Part shown: positions 36,077 to 37,064 of the stretch, piece by piece
How positions within the stretch are numbered: position 1 is the first letter of the stretch
Layout of the letters: each line of letters opens with the position of its first letter
Assembly: GCA_001655205.1 (NCBI GenBank)
Contig: LPNZ01003457.1
Span: 1-37,064 of the forward strand
Source: Lenisia limosa
Lineage: Eukaryota > Protista > Breviatea
DNA length: 37,064 nucleotides
Reading direction: 5' to 3'
Translations under genes and position numbers: made by a program
The notes under the pieces: generated by a model
Database searches by the model: none
The model's input: only the letters and a program-made list of their open reading frames with translations
What the model was told of the DNA's origin: nothing

Positions 36077-37064
36077 CTATTTCAGANNNNNNNNNNCAGC
36101 CATCCAGTCGGGGTTGACGAACTTCTCAATGTAGTTACGGATGGAGTCGGGGAGAACAACAACACAGCGTTGGCCCTAGAAAGGTCAGCAACAGCACAAA
36201 ACAAGTGACTGTGTCCCATGTAACAAACCTCCTTGAGGTCCTTAGCAGCGATAAGGGCAGCCCAGACAGCGGAGCCGGAAGAGCCACCGCAAAGGAGACC
36301 CTCCTCGCGGATGAGGCGACGGGCCATGATGAAGGACTCCTTGTCCTCTGACTTGATCCAGCGGTCAATTAGAGAGCGGTCAAGAACATCGGGAATGAAA
36401 CCGTAACCTGTTCGAGTCAGAAAACGGATTCATAAGGAATCAAGGTTTGACTTTTTGCGTACCGATACCCTCAACGTGGTAGCTTCCGACTTCTCCGGGG
36501 CCGGCAAGAATGGAACCGACGGGGTCAACACCAACAATGATGCAGTCGGGGTTGGCCTCCTTCAGGCGGCGGGCAATACCGGTGATGGTACCTCCAGTAC
36601 CGACACCCATAACGCACATGTCAACCTGAACTGTCACATGGGAACACTAGGGCCACAAGCATTAACCATCAGACAATCGCAATGAACCACATTACCACTC
36701 ACCTTGCCGTCGCATTGATCGAGGATTTCCTGTCCAGTACCGTAGTAATGGGCATCAGGGTTGTTGCAGTTCACGTACTACACCATCAGTATCTTGGTGG
36801 GAACATTGACATCTAGGTCAAGAAACCAAACCTGGTCAAGGATGTGGGCATCTTCCATCTCTTCCTTGAGCCTGTTGGCAACACCAATGTGAGAATCCTA
36901 GAATATCAGGCACAATTGCATGAACTCAAAAATAAGTATTGTTCTAGTAAAAATGACCTACAGGAGAGTCGAAAGAAGCCTCAGTGGGAGTCTGGACCAC
37001 CTTCGCGCCAAGAGCCTGTGAAGATGAAAATTGGAAAGAAAAAAGAAAAAGGCGGAGGGGTGGG
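36077..37064 (-). CDS. CBS: Cystathionine beta-synthase family PLP enzyme (fold type II); 5'-partial
   Basis: Exons [67 protein letters not shown] (PLP phosphate loop), [33 protein letters not shown] and [18 protein letters not shown]. The 3' end is uncertain because of the 10-N gap at 36087-36096. Confidence 0.88.
36087..36096. other. 10-N scaffold gap at the 3' end of CBS (true size unknown)
   Basis: Ten Ns, a typical placeholder length. Confidence 0.9.

Noticed and set aside
1-37064. tRNA, rRNA, snoRNA or transposase/reverse-transcriptase genes; pseudogenes
   Set aside because: No recognisable RNA gene or mobile-element ORF was seen by eye (tRNAscan-SE and Infernal were not run). The in-frame stops I traced nearly all fall in GT-AG introns; the one unresolved spot is near 8940.

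Overview
Eukaryotic nuclear DNA, not prokaryotic, so most entries in the six-frame ORF track are exon fragments or antisense shadows. The window is gene-dense and intron-rich (mostly ~35-100 nt GT-AG introns, standard code, intergenic gaps of about 80-470 nt). The host is a microbial eukaryote that I cannot place precisely (early-diverging fungus or amoeboid protist; inference). Manual splicing gives eight genes: (1) a secreted protein with a vitellogenin/MTP-like lipid-transport N-terminus and EGF repeats, running off the left edge; (2) a small orphan gene; (3) a ~14.7 kb giant coiled-coil gene; (4) a two-TM receptor class III nucleotidyl cyclase whose extracellular part resembles a bacterial dCache sensor; (5) a Zn(II)2Cys6 transcription factor; (6) a secreted tyrosinase fused to an N-terminal cupredoxin with a complete type-1 copper ligand set and a Cys-rich module; (7) NAP1; (8) a partial cystathionine beta-synthase. 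There are three N-gaps and several small intronic tandem repeats. The best leads are the cupredoxin-tyrosinase fusion, the dCache receptor cyclase and the LLTP-EGF protein. All gene models are hand-spliced, no database search was run, and internal exon boundaries are approximate.
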